A stretch of 62,976 nucleotides of DNA, filler included, from Craspedostauros australis (lineage: Eukaryota), in NCBI GenBank assembly GCA_030167865.1. It is 14 parts of 14 records of this genome, joined end to end, with 100 filler letters (N's around TTAATTAATTAA, not from the genome) between each part and the next. Parts side by side here need not be neighbours in the genome. Positions count along the whole stretch, not along the records: positions 1 to 4,356 come from JALAGF010004953.1; positions 4,457 to 7,080 come from JALAGF010004954.1; positions 7,181 to 9,600 come from JALAGF010004956.1; positions 9,701 to 12,879 come from JALAGF010004957.1; 10 more parts are not named here. One strand, written 5' to 3'. Shown one piece after another: positions 1 to 12,177 of this stretch (position 1 is its first letter; each line of letters opens with the position of its first letter). A program made the position numbers and the translations under genes. The notes under the pieces are model-generated. The model saw nothing but the letters and a program-made list of their open reading frames with translations, was not told where the DNA came from and ran no database searches.

Positions 1-1460
1 GTTGTGCATGTGGCGGCGACGGCCAAGGCGGCCATGGAATGCATCCATGCACGTCGGGATGTCGACGTTGATGGCAGGGATGGTGTGGCGTCAGNNNNNN
101 NNNNNNNGCTCCAGAGAGGATCGGCAGGTGTGGCTGCATCCTGGAATGATTGTTGTGGCACGTTGGATGCGATGGCTTGTCTGGCGTTCTGGAGGAATGC
201 GAAACGGGATGCCGATGGTTGCTCGGGCTCGAACATGGTGGCGAAGAGCTGGGTGTTGGTTGATGTTGGTTGTCTTGTGGTGAATGCCTGTGCTTGGTTG
301 TTGGCGTATGGTGCTGCGAGGACGAGGAGTCCAAGGAAAAGGGAGAGCTTGATGCTGGATGTGGTTGGCTTGCTGTTGTTGTTCATGATCATGATTGTAT
401 TGTGTGTGTTGTGTGTATTGCTGTTGTTTTTGTTGTTGTTGTGGATGTTGTGGCTGTTGTGTTTGTGTCGCTTTTGATTTTGTGAGGAGAGGATGGACAT
501 CGGAAGAATCCACACCAACGCACAGTTGCACACATCCACAAACACAACCACAATGGAGAAGACTGTACAGAGGGAGAAGAACAACACGTGGGTGTTGGAG
601 TCATGATACTCCATGCAGAATCGCCATTCACAGCAACGTCACCAGTTTGATCAGTCCCCACTTATCGTCTCCGTTCTCCCCACGAAACTCAATTACCAAT
701 CCCGAAATGTGGAGAAGCGACCTGGTTGGTTGCCGAAACACGTCATCCATCAGTTCATGCCAGCGGCGAACATTTCGCTGTCCACACACAAACATTCAAC
801 CAGGCCCGAACAAGGCAAGAGCAATGATGCAACAACACCGGTGAGTGGGGAGAGGTTGGTCTTGTGTGGTGATCCCAATCCCAAATCAAATCACATACCA
901 CATACCACATACTTTGGTCCAAGCAACGGCAGAGTGGGGACGCAAACTGCACCTCCAATTTGCGTCGGGACGCAAGCTACGTAGGCCAGTACCAGGCCAA
1001 AATCATTAGGGATACTCGCGCGCTGTAAGTCCGAACCATGGACATCCTCCTGATCGTGCCATCCTTCCTCCTCTTCTCTCTCAACAGGTATTCATACTCC
1101 GACAGATGCGCACGTCTCATCATCCACACAGACGACCTACACATGGTCGAAGCATGTACATGCAACCCAGTAGTCCAGCAGCTTTCGTGATGATGCAACA
1201 TTGACAGGGAACATCAACTTGAGCACCGTCACCAATCGTGGGACACTTGAAGACCAGCTACTCTGTGTGCCTCGCTATTTGAGTCCGAGTATGGCGTACA
1301 GTTGTGGCGGGCGACTGCGGCAGCATCCGCAACCGCAAAAGCGAGAACAGAGACCCGCACACAGTGATAGACTGGCGACAATGCAACATCTCGCGTGCTC
1401 ACTATCGTCGTCATCATCATGGTGATACAGATCCAATCATACGAACCAACGTCATCTTCG

Positions 1461-1620
1461 CCATGCATACCGTGCATACCATGCATACCGTGCATACCAT
1501 GCATACCGTGCATACCATGCATACCGTGCATACCATGCATACCGTGCATACTATGCATACCGTGCATACCGTGCATACCGTGCATACCGTGCATACCATG
1601 CATACCATGCATACCATGCA
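1461..1620. repeat. 9-bp tandem repeat (CCRTGCATA) x ~18
   Basis: Alternating ccatgcata/ccgtgcata units; reads (PCI)n on + and (MHG)n on -. Confidence 0.95.
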
Positions 1621-2452
1621 GGCGATCCATCCTCCTCTCTGCAGTTGCTCTGCAACCAGTTTGCTCCGTCTTGTTTGGTGAAAATGTGAACTGGTTGAGT
1701 CGTGACGGGCCCGTTGTTGTTCTTGTTATTGTTCTCTTGAGTACTTGTAGCGCAATGATGATGATATTTGCGGATTTATGGGCCTTTCTCCGAGAACCAA
1801 TTAACAGTTGGAATGAGCAGGATAAGTCATTCGAAACCAGCACGCCCAACTGTGCATCTCGGGTTGTTGTTGTGTGGGGAGGGGAGAAGGGATGTTGTCT
1901 TTCGTAACGTGTTGTTCGTGGTTGGGTGCGAGATCATTGAAGCCGTGTTGACGGAAGCCTCTATAGAGGCTTCTGATTGGCCATCAAGGATAGACGTGGC
2001 AACGAATTCATGACAAACCGGTGTTCCTGTTTCCACACGTTTGCACCAAGGCTCACTTTCACCACACAACACCACAACTTCGTGTGCTTTGCGGGTGCTC
2101 GCTGCTTGTGGACCCACCTGTATTTCCTGTGTGCCGAACAAGACCAATGCTTGGGGATGGAAGTGTGGCTGAGACTGCTCCAGGAGTTGTGTTCTCTGCA
2201 CTCGCATGTATTCCGCCATGACTAGAACCTGTATGACAGATTGCAGAGGTTGCCGCTCCTGAATCGGCAAGCTGGCACCTTCTTCGTCCTCTCTGTGGCG
2301 TCTGTGAGAAACAAAGCAAAACAAAGCGCCTTGACCTTCCTCTCACAAAATACAAACCCATCCACTCCACAAACCGCAACAACAACAACAACAACAAACA
2401 GCAACAAACAGCAACAACAACAACAGCAACAACAATAATAACAGCAACCGCA

Positions 2453-3768
2453 ATGACAGCATACAACAACACGACGGCACTCATCGCACTCACGCTGCTG
2501 TGTCTGTGCAACTCAATCACAAACTGCCAAGCGTGGGTGACACACAACACACCATCGGCGTCAACAACATCAATCACACACACACGACAAGGACCGCCAC
2601 CAGCCGCCACGGCAACTCACATCAATCCACAGCAAACACACGTCCTCGTTCTCCCAGGCTTCGCAACCGCAGCCAGCGACTACGTCGATGACCTGGTTCC
2701 CAACATCGCACAGCAAGCCATCGACGCTGGATGGTGGGGCAACGACAACAGCAACAACAACGACGACATGACCAACGCAATGGATCACATCCACGTCCTG
2801 CCACTCCAGCGACATGATTGGGCACAGACCATCGCATTTGGCATGTGCGATCTCGACTTCATGACCTTCAAGGCACCAGCAACCAAGTGGGCGTACCGAT
2901 GGTACCTTCAGAAGGTGGCGAAAGAGGTCAAGAGAATCCAGGATGTCGCCAAGGAGGAAGGCACGACCGCCAAGATCATCCTGGTGGGACACTCCGCTGG
3001 TGGCTGGCTCGCAAGGTGAGTTTGGTGCCGCTTTGCTCCTGTGCAACTGCTCCTGTGCATGCTTCAACCATCCACTCTGCTCTACTCCATCCATTTCACT
3101 CACACTATCAACACCCGCGTTCTCCCCCCATGCATCATCACATGCATCTTTCATCATTTATCATTCGCCTCCGTCCAATCAACAGAGCCGCTGTCGGATA
3201 CGGAATGGATGAAACCAACAGCAAGGATCTGCAGATTGACATCGACAGCATTCTGGGAATCGTCACGCTCGGGTCTCCCCATATCCCATGCCCCAAGGGA
3301 TCCGTTGATATCACCGGCGGTGCACTCCGCATCGTTCACGACACCTTCCCAGGCGCCTTCTTCAACGACCGTCTCTTCTACGTGTCTGCTGCCGGATCCG
3401 CATTGAACGTCGAGCAGCAGCAAGCGCACATCCCTTCTCCAAACACCATGACCTCACAGCCAGATGCTGATCACATGCTTGCGTACCAATCGTACAAGTT
3501 GCTGTCTGGTCAAGGACACCAGGACGGTGATGGCATCGTCCCTGTGCCGCTTGCGCATCTGGAGGGTTCCAATCTCCAGATCACCTTGGACAACGTGTAC
3601 CACACCTCCATGCTGCAGAACCAACATCGACATCAACATGAGCACGATCAACACACATCTCCCACATCTGAAGCCTCGGAATCAAGATGGTACGGATCGA
3701 AGGACATCGTCCAGCAATGGTTCAGCCCTGTTCTGCACAAGGTGCTGCCAGCCATGATGGTTCAGTAG
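2453..3768 (+). CDS. Alpha/beta hydrolase (PGAP1/lipase-like), 2 exons (2453-3015, 3186-3768), N-terminal targeting peptide
   Basis: VLVLPGF, nucleophile elbow LVGHSAGG, IVTLGSPH, DGDGIVP, VYH. GT(3016)..AG(3185) intron joins GWLAR/AAVGYG in frame. Confidence 0.88.
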
Positions 3769-4356
3769 TTTGCGTGCCTGCGCTTAGACTTGAAGTCGCA
3801 GATGCAGCTGCAGTCAATCGCCGAACGAGTACGCAACCATGAATACCACAGCATCACACTGCCCGTCTGCATACAGACGCACACAATTTTCACCATACAC
3901 AAACATATCATACAATAGAATACCCTACAATAGATTACCAAACAATAGAATACCATGAGCGTGCGAATGATAATGGTCGAGGCGTCCACCGCGCTCATGG
4001 GGACAGCAGAGATCCTGGCTTGACACCATTCCGGTTTGGCCAATTCTACGAACACGAAGGAGCACTCAACTCAACTCCACTCCATCGTTGCACCCTTTGG
4101 TTCGAAGCTGGATGCTGCCTCGCTTGCTGTATTGATAGCGCATAATACTTCAGTTTGATGGATGCCTTCGGACCTGCTTCATCCAGTGGTTCAATGATGT
4201 TGCTCGGATGAGATGTGCACAAGAGAGAGGAGTTGGAGACGCGGTTTGGTGGTTGTGACGGATCTTTGTGGATACTTTTATCGACTCATTTGAATGGATC
4301 ACACACTTCGGTCGTGGAAGCTAGGGACTCATTTGGACACGACCAAACAAGAACAA

Positions 4357-4456
4357 NNNNNNNNNNNNNNNNNNNNNNNNNNNNNNNNNNNNNNNNNNNN
4401 TTAATTAATTAANNNNNNNNNNNNNNNNNNNNNNNNNNNNNNNNNNNNNNNNNNNN
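4357..4456. other. Artificial contig linker (N44-TTAATTAATTAA-N44). Same linker at 7081, 9601, 12880, 14606, 17497, 25395, 30653, 35768, 40873, 45084, 52743, 56917
   Basis: Identical 100-nt spacer with six-frame stops repeated 13 times. Confidence 0.98.
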
Positions 4457-7075
4457 CTTCGTGCTGTCTCCCACTTGGACGAATGACTTGATGTGCCGCA
4501 CGTTGAAGAGAGCGGCGTCCGAATTGACGATGTGACACGAGGCTCCGCTGTCGGCAAGCCAGGTGTCCTTGTTGACCTTGTCCTTGTGCTTGGTGCTCAG
4601 CTCGTGGAGCTGCTCCATGGCTGCTGCAGCTATCTCGTCGTCGAAGCTGCCGTCATCGTCGTCTTCATGAACTCCATGTTCGTTCCATGGATTCTCGTGA
4701 TGTCCGTCGTCGGTCTCATCGGATAGCTGCGCGTAGTCCGATGGAATCGTGTTGCTTCGGTGTGATCCCGTGGCTGGATCATATGGGTGGACGCGTGATC
4801 GCTCTCGCAAGAGTACACGCATACATCCTCCAAGGATGTAGTGTAGATCCGTCTCTGGGATCGTCTCTGTGTTGTCCGCTTCCAATATGCGGTTGATGAC
4901 GACCGAATTGGCGAGAATCTCTTCGATTGATCTGAAGTTCTCGGACAGGATGGACCCCATCATGTTCACCCATATTGGTCTGAGTACTCCTTGCACGTGC
5001 CCTGGAAAGAGATTCGTTCCTGCTTCCATTACGGCATCGAAGATGAGTTGCTTCTGGATCACCAATGCTGTCTCTGTTGCATATGGGACGGTGTCATGAC
5101 GATGGAGGAAGTTGGACTGGTTGGGATTCTCAATCGGTGGGAAGTCGATGTCTCTTGGATAGACGACGCGCTCGTTCGGATTAAAGCTGTCGTCTGGATG
5201 ATTGCCGTCNTCGGATTCGTCGCTGTCATCNTCGTCGAAGATGCCCGATCTGTTGTTCCCCGCTGCTGGAGGAGGCGGCGCCGCGCCGCTGTTCGTTTCG
5301 TCTTGGCCTCTATCATTGTCGTTGATCTGGTCGTCGGCCTCTTCGCTCATGGCCTCTTCGATGTCGCTATCGTTGGCCTCGCTGCCCATCTCGGCTCCGT
5401 CGCCGTATGGACCGATCAGGTCGTTCGCGTTGAAGCAGCATTCGTAGCTCACTTCGCGTCTTGGATCCACCTCGTGGATGATTGGCTCCTCGCTGAGCCA
5501 CTCCGGGACGATCTCATCGTCCTGTACTTCGTCGTCACTCCCGACGCATTCGAAGTTATCGAAGAAGGAGTCTTCGATGTAGTCGTCGGACACCAACATG
5601 CAGAGCGGCATGTCTTTCGCCGAGAGTACCATCTCGTGCCCGCTCTTGTCGTGTCCTTCCGCTGCCGTGTTGGCTTGTTCGTTGGCCTTCTTGTTCTCGT
5701 TGAACTTCTTCTTTCGGCACTCCGCCTCGCGGTGTCCGAAGATGCCACAGTAGTTGCACTTNNNNNNNNNNNNNNNNNNNNNNNNNNNNNNNNNNNNNNN
5801 NNNNNNNNNNNNNNNNNNNNNNNNNNNNNNNNNNNNNNNNNNNNNNNNNNNNNNNNNNNNNNNNNNNNNNNNNNNNNNNNNNNNNNNNNNNNNNNNNNNN
5901 CCACAGTTGTGGCAAGTACCCTTGAAGTTACCGGTGCTTGTGAAGCCGGTGTCGTTGCTCTTCGTGTTGCTGTCTTGGAAGTCGTCGACGTACGCTTTGC
6001 CTCCTCTGTGAGTGGCGTATGCAGTGCGGAGTACTCCTCTGATTGCATTGATGGTAACCAGTTCCGGATTGAACGTGAGTTGATGTTGGAAGTTCACGAT
6101 GTGAGTTCTGTACTCGTTGCTCACCGTGCTGAGGATNNNNNNNNNNNNNNNNNNNNNNNNNNNNNNNNNNNNNNNNNNNNNNNNNNNNNNNNNNNNNNNN
6201 NNNNNNNGCGTGATGTAGATGTCGGGGTCCGTGTCTCTCTTCATCTTTTCGTTGTTGAATTGGCGCTTGAGTTTGATCTTCGTCGCCGCGTCGGATGGAC
6301 GGAACTTCTCCGCGAGAACGTTCCACGCTGCGTGTGCATCTCCTTCAGGATAATCGTCGGAGACGCACTGGTTGATGTACTGGATGGCCTGCTTGCCTTT
6401 TCCTTTCTCTGCATCCATCATGAGGATCAAATCGCTGAAGCAGTCGCATCCCAGCTCGTAGATTTCCTCCATCGCTTCCTTGGCTTCATCGGTGGCTGCC
6501 GCGATCTCGCTCACTGTTGGCACCTTGGTCTTGCCCAACATTACGTCTCTCGTTTTCTGTGCACGAGCGTATGCCTTTGCTTGGGACTCCCATGCGCTAT
6601 AGTCTCCCTGTTCACCGCTGAACATCGGCGCCTTGATGCGTCGCTTGTTCACGTTGGCTGATGTCGCCATGTTGATTCGTTGTTTCGTTGTTGGTGCGCT
6701 CGCGCCCTTGATTTCCGTTTGTTTCTGTGTTGTCGATTCTTCGAATTTCGCTTGTTGTTTCGCGAGGATTGATTTGCTCACAAATTCTCCTCCTGGTGGT
6801 GTCTCACTTTTACCACTCCGTTTGGCTGTGCGAATGCTCTTCGTCACACCAGTCTCCTCTTGCTTGATCGCCTTGAGGATCCTCTCCTTCTCGCGATGTA
6901 GCCTCGCAGACCGTTCTTCTTCGGTCTCGTCGATCGCGCTTGCGTCTGCGCCTGATAGGACAGTAGTCGCTGCTACTTCCTTCTCTTGTCTTGGTGGAGT
7001 CTCACTCGCACCTTCTTCTCTCTTGATAGTCGGGTTGGACAGAGGGATGTCTTTCAATTCCTCTTCCTCGCTCAT
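4457..7075 (-). mobile_element. Ty1/copia (diatom CoDi-like) gag-protease polyprotein, family A, truncated at contig end
   Basis: Gag motifs (FSGEQGDYSAWE, AWNVLAEKF), zinc knuckle CNYCGIFGHREAEC, aspartic protease WLADSGASCH. Confidence 0.93.
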
Positions 7076-7180
7076 TCAGCNNNNNNNNNNNNNNNNNNNN
7101 NNNNNNNNNNNNNNNNNNNNNNNNTTAATTAATTAANNNNNNNNNNNNNNNNNNNNNNNNNNNNNNNNNNNNNNNNNNNN

Positions 7181-8190
7181 GTAGAAATAGTACTGATGCT
7201 TCTCAAAGTCATGTCCGCGGAAAACGTTGCTCAGGACCTTGAATTTTTTCAGTCGCCCATTGACAGCCTCGTGGCGCGCCCGAACAACACTCTTTGCTCG
7301 CAATTCCGCCACTGAGCCAGCATCATCCGGGGTTCTGATGTGTCCGCTTTCTCCTCTGTAACCGCGATCCGCCTCCACAAGTTCACCAGGAGCAAGGCGC
7401 TGTTTCATTTTCTTGCGAAAGATGACAATGTCACTGACAGATGCCTTGTAAGGCCCATGGATCCACACGATCTCCCCAGTTTGAATCGCAACTCCGACCT
7501 CGTATTTTAACCCTGGACCGTTAAACTTCTCGGAGTACCAGGACTTGTCAAACGGCTTCTGCTCGTAGATGCGCAGATCAGTACCATCAACAGAAACCAA
7601 ACACAATCTCCCTTTAGTGTTCTTGAAGCGATCTCCCCAACAAATCTGCCCGTTGAAAAATGGAAATAGAGCAATGACAGACAACGGTTGTGGAACTTGC
7701 ATGTGAGAATGGCTGTGTGTGTGGCACACATGGTGAATGATATTGTCGTGCGAGGTGCTCTTCTCTGCCAGTACCAACGGTTCCGCGGAATCCCCACAGG
7801 ACTAGTACGAGTAGAGTACACACAGAAGCNNNNNNNNNNNNNNNNNNNNNNNNNNNNNNNNNNNNNNACCAATGCGATTGCTTTCACGACAGGGAAAACG
7901 TGATTGCGCACCGTTCTGTCAGTCACCTTGAGCTCGCTCGCGAGGTCCTCTTCTGTCATGTACTTGCGCATGAAACGCAGTGCCCACAACAAGTACTTGG
8001 GGTGATTTGATTTTGGGGGCGGTGTCCACATCCCCCAAAGAATGGAGCATATTGAGGGGCAACAACCAAAACGACGACGAAACACCGCTCGAAGCTCATC
8101 AACCTGCTTCGTTTGCAATGCGTAGCGCTCATCAAACATGTTCAATGACAACTTGATGAAGTCCATCTCGACGCCTGTGAATCCCTTCAT
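7181..8190 (-). mobile_element. DDE_Tnp_4 (Harbinger/ISL2EU-like) transposase with one intron, 3' truncated
   Basis: Exon 1 from ATG 8190 with HTH-like LLWALRFMRKY..VTDRTVR. Exon 2 from 7645 after a cag acceptor: SVDGTD, KYEVGV, ADRGYRG, RARHEAVNGRLK. Donor hidden in an N gap. Confidence 0.88.
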
Positions 8191-8643
8191 GCTGATGGCT
8201 TGTTGCAATGGATCGGTTGTTGTTGCTTTCGTGGTTGCTTCGTGTTGGCGCAGGTGCGTCGCTTGTGCGAGTTTCAGCAGAAAAGGTGGTGAGTTGTCGG
8301 CATGCTGGCTCGGTCCTCCCCCCCCTTCTGTTGCGCGTCCACTTCCGCAGCAAAAAAAGCACCACTCTCTCGCCGTGAGACAAACAACACGGTGATCATT
8401 GTACGGCGACAGTTTCTCGCCGCCAACAGTTGGGAATGCCGGTCGGGCAGAATGGTGGTTCGTTGTTGCTCGTTTCTCCACCAAATTCGTGGGACGTTCC
8501 AGATCCCACCAAGAGGAACCCATCGCGGTGGATTTTTTCGCCACGGAACAAGTCAGACAATTGTCGCACAAAGTAGAACATCTTCGACATTCTCCGACGA
8601 CGTTGGCACACGTTGGAACATGTTGTAACATTTTTTGAGCAAA

Positions 8644-8695
8644 TTCACTAACCAGGTCGTTTTTCTTGGCAAAGTTCACTAACCAGGTCGTTTTT
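8644..8695. repeat. Direct repeat TTCACTAACCAGGTCGTTTTT x2, possible subterminal repeat of the DNA transposon
   Basis: Two copies about 450 bp upstream of the transposase ATG. Confidence 0.6.
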
Positions 8696-9083
8696 GTTCC
8701 TGACACGATGATTGGATCAATGAAATGGCCGGCGTATCGCTGCGACAGGGTCGAAAATAATAATTTAGCCACAAAGTCAACACATCAACCATTTCCCTGC
8801 AAAACAGTGGAAAGCAGTCTAGTTTATGATGTTGTCGGTGAATCCTGTTGAGCAGAGGGTCCAACCAGCTAATATCAATTGCATACTCACATCAGCCATT
8901 GGCATGTACCCACCTTGGAACGGTCCAGCTCCAATTACAAGGAGGATCAGATTACATTTAGTCAGTTCATGTCCTGCCATTCAGTCACTGTGTGTAATGA
9001 GTTGGTCATATGTGCATACAACATATCAAGCATACTTGATTGTAACAACTCCGCCACTCCAAACACACTCCAAAGGATCTGGC

Positions 9084-9600
9084 CACGAAGTATGAGGTCT
9101 CCAATCCATCTGGAAGGTAGTCAAATCTGAGAATCTAGATATCATGTAGTGTGGGTGGCAGTACCACGAGCCACGCACCATAGTGTGCAGTAGATTGCCC
9201 ATATGTGCATAGAAAATGTCAACCTCAATCAAATCCAGCCTGGCGGGAACTTACAACACACCCCAAAGTACCTGGTCACGAAGTATGAGGTCTCCAATCC
9301 ATCTGGAAGGCATCCATATCTGGATGTGGAGATTTTGTGTGGTGTTGTGGGTGGTCGTACTATGAGCTACGCACCATAGTGTACAGTAGATTGCCCATAT
9401 GTGCATAGAAAATGTCAACCTCAATCAAATCCAACCNGGCGGGAACTTACAACACACCCCAAAGTACCCGGTCACGAAGTATGAGTCCTCCAATCCATCT
9501 GCAAGGCATCCATATCTGGATGTGGAGATTTTGTGTGGTGTTGTGGGTGGTCGTACCACGAGCTACGCACAATACTGTACAGTAGATTGCCCATATGTGC
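9084..9600. repeat. ~195-bp tandem repeat, about 2.7 copies, running off the contig
   Basis: CACGAAGTATGAG..TCCAATCCATCTG recurs at ~9085, ~9278 and ~9473. Confidence 0.9.
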
Positions 9601-9700
9601 NNNNNNNNNNNNNNNNNNNNNNNNNNNNNNNNNNNNNNNNNNNNTTAATTAATTAANNNNNNNNNNNNNNNNNNNNNNNNNNNNNNNNNNNNNNNNNNNN

Positions 9701-9985
9701 TCCTGGTGGTGTCTCACTTTTCCCACTCTGTTTGGCTGTGCGAATGCTCTTCGTCACACCAGTCTCCTCTTGTTTGATCGCCTCGGGAATCCTCTTCTCC
9801 TTACGATGTAGTCTTGCAGACCGTTCCTCTTTGGTCTCGTCGATCGCGCTTGCGTCTGCGCCTGATAGGACAGTAGCCGCGGCTGCTTCCTTCTCTTCTC
9901 GAGGTGGAGTCTCACTCGCACCTTCTTCTCTCTTGATAGTCAGATTGGACAGAGGGATGTCTTTCAATTCCTCTTCCTCGCTCAT
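9701..9985 (-). mobile_element. Gag N-terminus of a second family-A copia copy
   Basis: MSEEEELKDIPLSN.., near-identical to 6791-7075. Confidence 0.93.
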
Positions 9986-10067
9986 TCAGCCTGCTGCTCT
10001 TGAATGATGTTGGTCTTCCTCGCACGATACGATTAGCGGGCTCGCCCTGATCTATCGTTTATAAACG

Positions 10068-10742
10068 TGTTGGCAAGTTCCGCTCACGGTAACCTACGAN
10101 NNNNNNNNNNNNNNTTGGTTGATAGTCGTCTGTTTGCTATTTCATTACGTTGGCACTCCGATACTCTCGGTGTCCGTTTGTTCTCTTGCCCGATGCTCTG
10201 GGCGCTTCAATCTGTTTCGTAGATTCGGTCTCCGACTATGAGTCGGTATGCGAGATCCTCTCTCGCTCTTCTCTGTATTCTCTCTCTCTCTCAACATCGT
10301 GCGCTCATGCTGCACGACACTCCGTGTTCGATGCGTACTCCGCATTCGACACTCCGTTCATTCAGTACTGGTTTCTACTCCATGAGTACTTACCATTTGA
10401 AGTTCACCTTCAGTATCCATGATGCTGATGCCCTCTTCAGTCATCGGATCTTTGCCTCCTGCTCTGACTTGGAGACAGCTGTTGACGTGGTGACATGATG
10501 ACATCCTGTCGACGTCAGTGGGCGTCCTTCTGCTCTCCAGATGTCACGTTCCATTGGTGATGCAGTAGTCTGTCAGATGATATTGTCATCTGAGGTTTAG
10601 TTGGGAAGTACCTCGAGATTCTCTTGGTACCATTGATGCGTGGACGGATGATCTTCTGATTCTCTCAGAAATCGTTATTTGCAAATTTCCTCCAGAAATC
10701 TTGCCCCTTTTCGTGTGTTCCATTTCCCCTGTAATTCTGACA
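10068..10742 (-). mobile_element. 5' LTR of family-A copia (TGTCAG...CCAACA)
   Basis: TG..CA ends about 80 bp upstream of gag. The homologous copy at 25495-25951 ends at the same GGAACTTGCCAACA. Confidence 0.85.
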
Positions 10743-10845
10743 AATCACAGTATACTATCGACACGAGTATAGTTATACCGTCCAAGTGCGTATGAGAGAA
10801 TAACGGGTGAGCGATGCACATATACACGTACATCTTGACATATAC

Positions 10846-11320
10846 TCACATGTACATCTCGACAGGCGCAGTGCGCTGCTCGTAGATGCGCTCAAGAGCC
10901 ACCCAAGCTGCACGAGGGTCTCCTCCCCCGTTCAGCATGCTCTTGCATCCCCACACCGCCTCGAAGGCAACTTTGCCTTCCTTCGAATCATGGCTAATAG
11001 CCAAGGTCAGTTCTTTGTAGGCGTACTTCGCCATCGCTTCCTTGTACTCGGCCAGGTCCGCAGCGCTTGGCTTGGCGCTCGCCTTGGTGCCAGTCTTGAG
11101 CTTGGTACCTGCCTCGGTCTTGATGGTTGGAACCAGGCTCTCGGTAACCTCAGAAGGAGCTTTCACTTCCACCTCAGAGTAGGCCATCAAGAACTTGTCT
11201 CTGTAACCCTTGCGGTTAGCACAAGAGAGGAACTTGGCCAGCCAGAACTTCCAGTTCTCCTTCTTGCCGTCGAAGTAGACCACCGGAAGGCGGTCGGTTT
11301 TGGCGTTGATGGTACTCATG
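10846..11320 (-). mobile_element. Truncated gag of a family-B copia
   Basis: LPVVYFDGKKENWKFWLAKF, GDPRAAWVALERIY (copia gag N-terminal motifs). Confidence 0.85.
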
Positions 11321-11388
11321 ATGATGGTGGATGATGGCTTGATGGTGCGGGGTGAAACGTAGGATTTCAATCTAAACGTTTCGAAACG

Positions 11389-11930
11389 TGTTGGAAATCC
11401 AGGGTGGTGTTAGTAGTAGGAGACTAATCGTGATTAGAATCTACTCTTTCGAACTGTGAGCTCTTCATTGCTCTTTCATCTTGATGATCGATCTCCTGCT
11501 GCAATCCCCATGGTTGCATCTGCTGATCTACCATGCATTCATCTTGCAAGGTTGCCTATCTCATGAATTCACCCTGTCTTTCCTCTGATAGATTCATCAT
11601 CGTAGACATCGTTGATTCACAGGCATCACCGATTCGATTCACTCAGTCGGATCATCATCTTCGTGTTTTTCACGAATGCATCGTTGCAGCCCCGTGTGAC
11701 ATGCAACCGTGCATTGGATGATTGCATTATCCTTCACAGTCATCATCATCCGATCCACACTTGTCATTCACCATCCGTCTCAGGATACCCTTCGCCCTGT
11801 CATGTACCTCACATTTTGGTGTTCACAATGTCATAGTGTGAGGTGCGGTAATATAGCGTTTCATGGCATTTGACTTCTCACTCTTGGGAGGTGCGGCAAT
11901 CACGCGTTTCATAACACCCGATTCCTGACA
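11389..11930 (-). mobile_element. 5' LTR of family-B copia (542 bp, TGTCAGGAATCG...TTTCCAACA)
   Basis: Termini shared with the family-C LTR; lies about 70 bp upstream of the gag ATG. Confidence 0.8.
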
Positions 11931-11994
11931 GGAACAACAGGACGCCCCGTGTCGCCACCGCGGCAGATGCCTATTATGAAGAATGAAATCGGAA

Positions 11995-12087
11995 GAGAAA
12001 GTGAGATTATGCTCACAGTTCTAAAACGGTACAGTTTCTAACAGCGGATTAGAGTACAGTACTAACTATAACCCCGGATTTCCAACA
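11995..12087 (+). mobile_element. Terminal fragment of a family-C LTR
   Basis: Reverse complement resembles 21470-21540 (TGTTGGAAATCCGGGGTTATAG..AACTGTACCGTTTTAGAACTGTGAG). Left boundary approximate. Confidence 0.75.
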
Positions 12088-12177
12088 AATATCGAGAAGT
12101 TGCGGTGTCCGATCGGTTGGTTAGTTTGGCTTGCTTCTTTGCTTCCCACCTGGCTTCCCGTTCGCGACGAAGTCGGT

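Noticed and set aside
4401..4412. Recurrent TTAATTAATTAA palindrome
   Set aside because: Artificial linker always centred in N runs; ORFs ending in 'LIN' are artefacts
4991..6661. Long antisense ORFs over gag-pol (also 22443-23852 and 47967-48836 over other genes)
   Set aside because: Shadows of real opposite-strand genes
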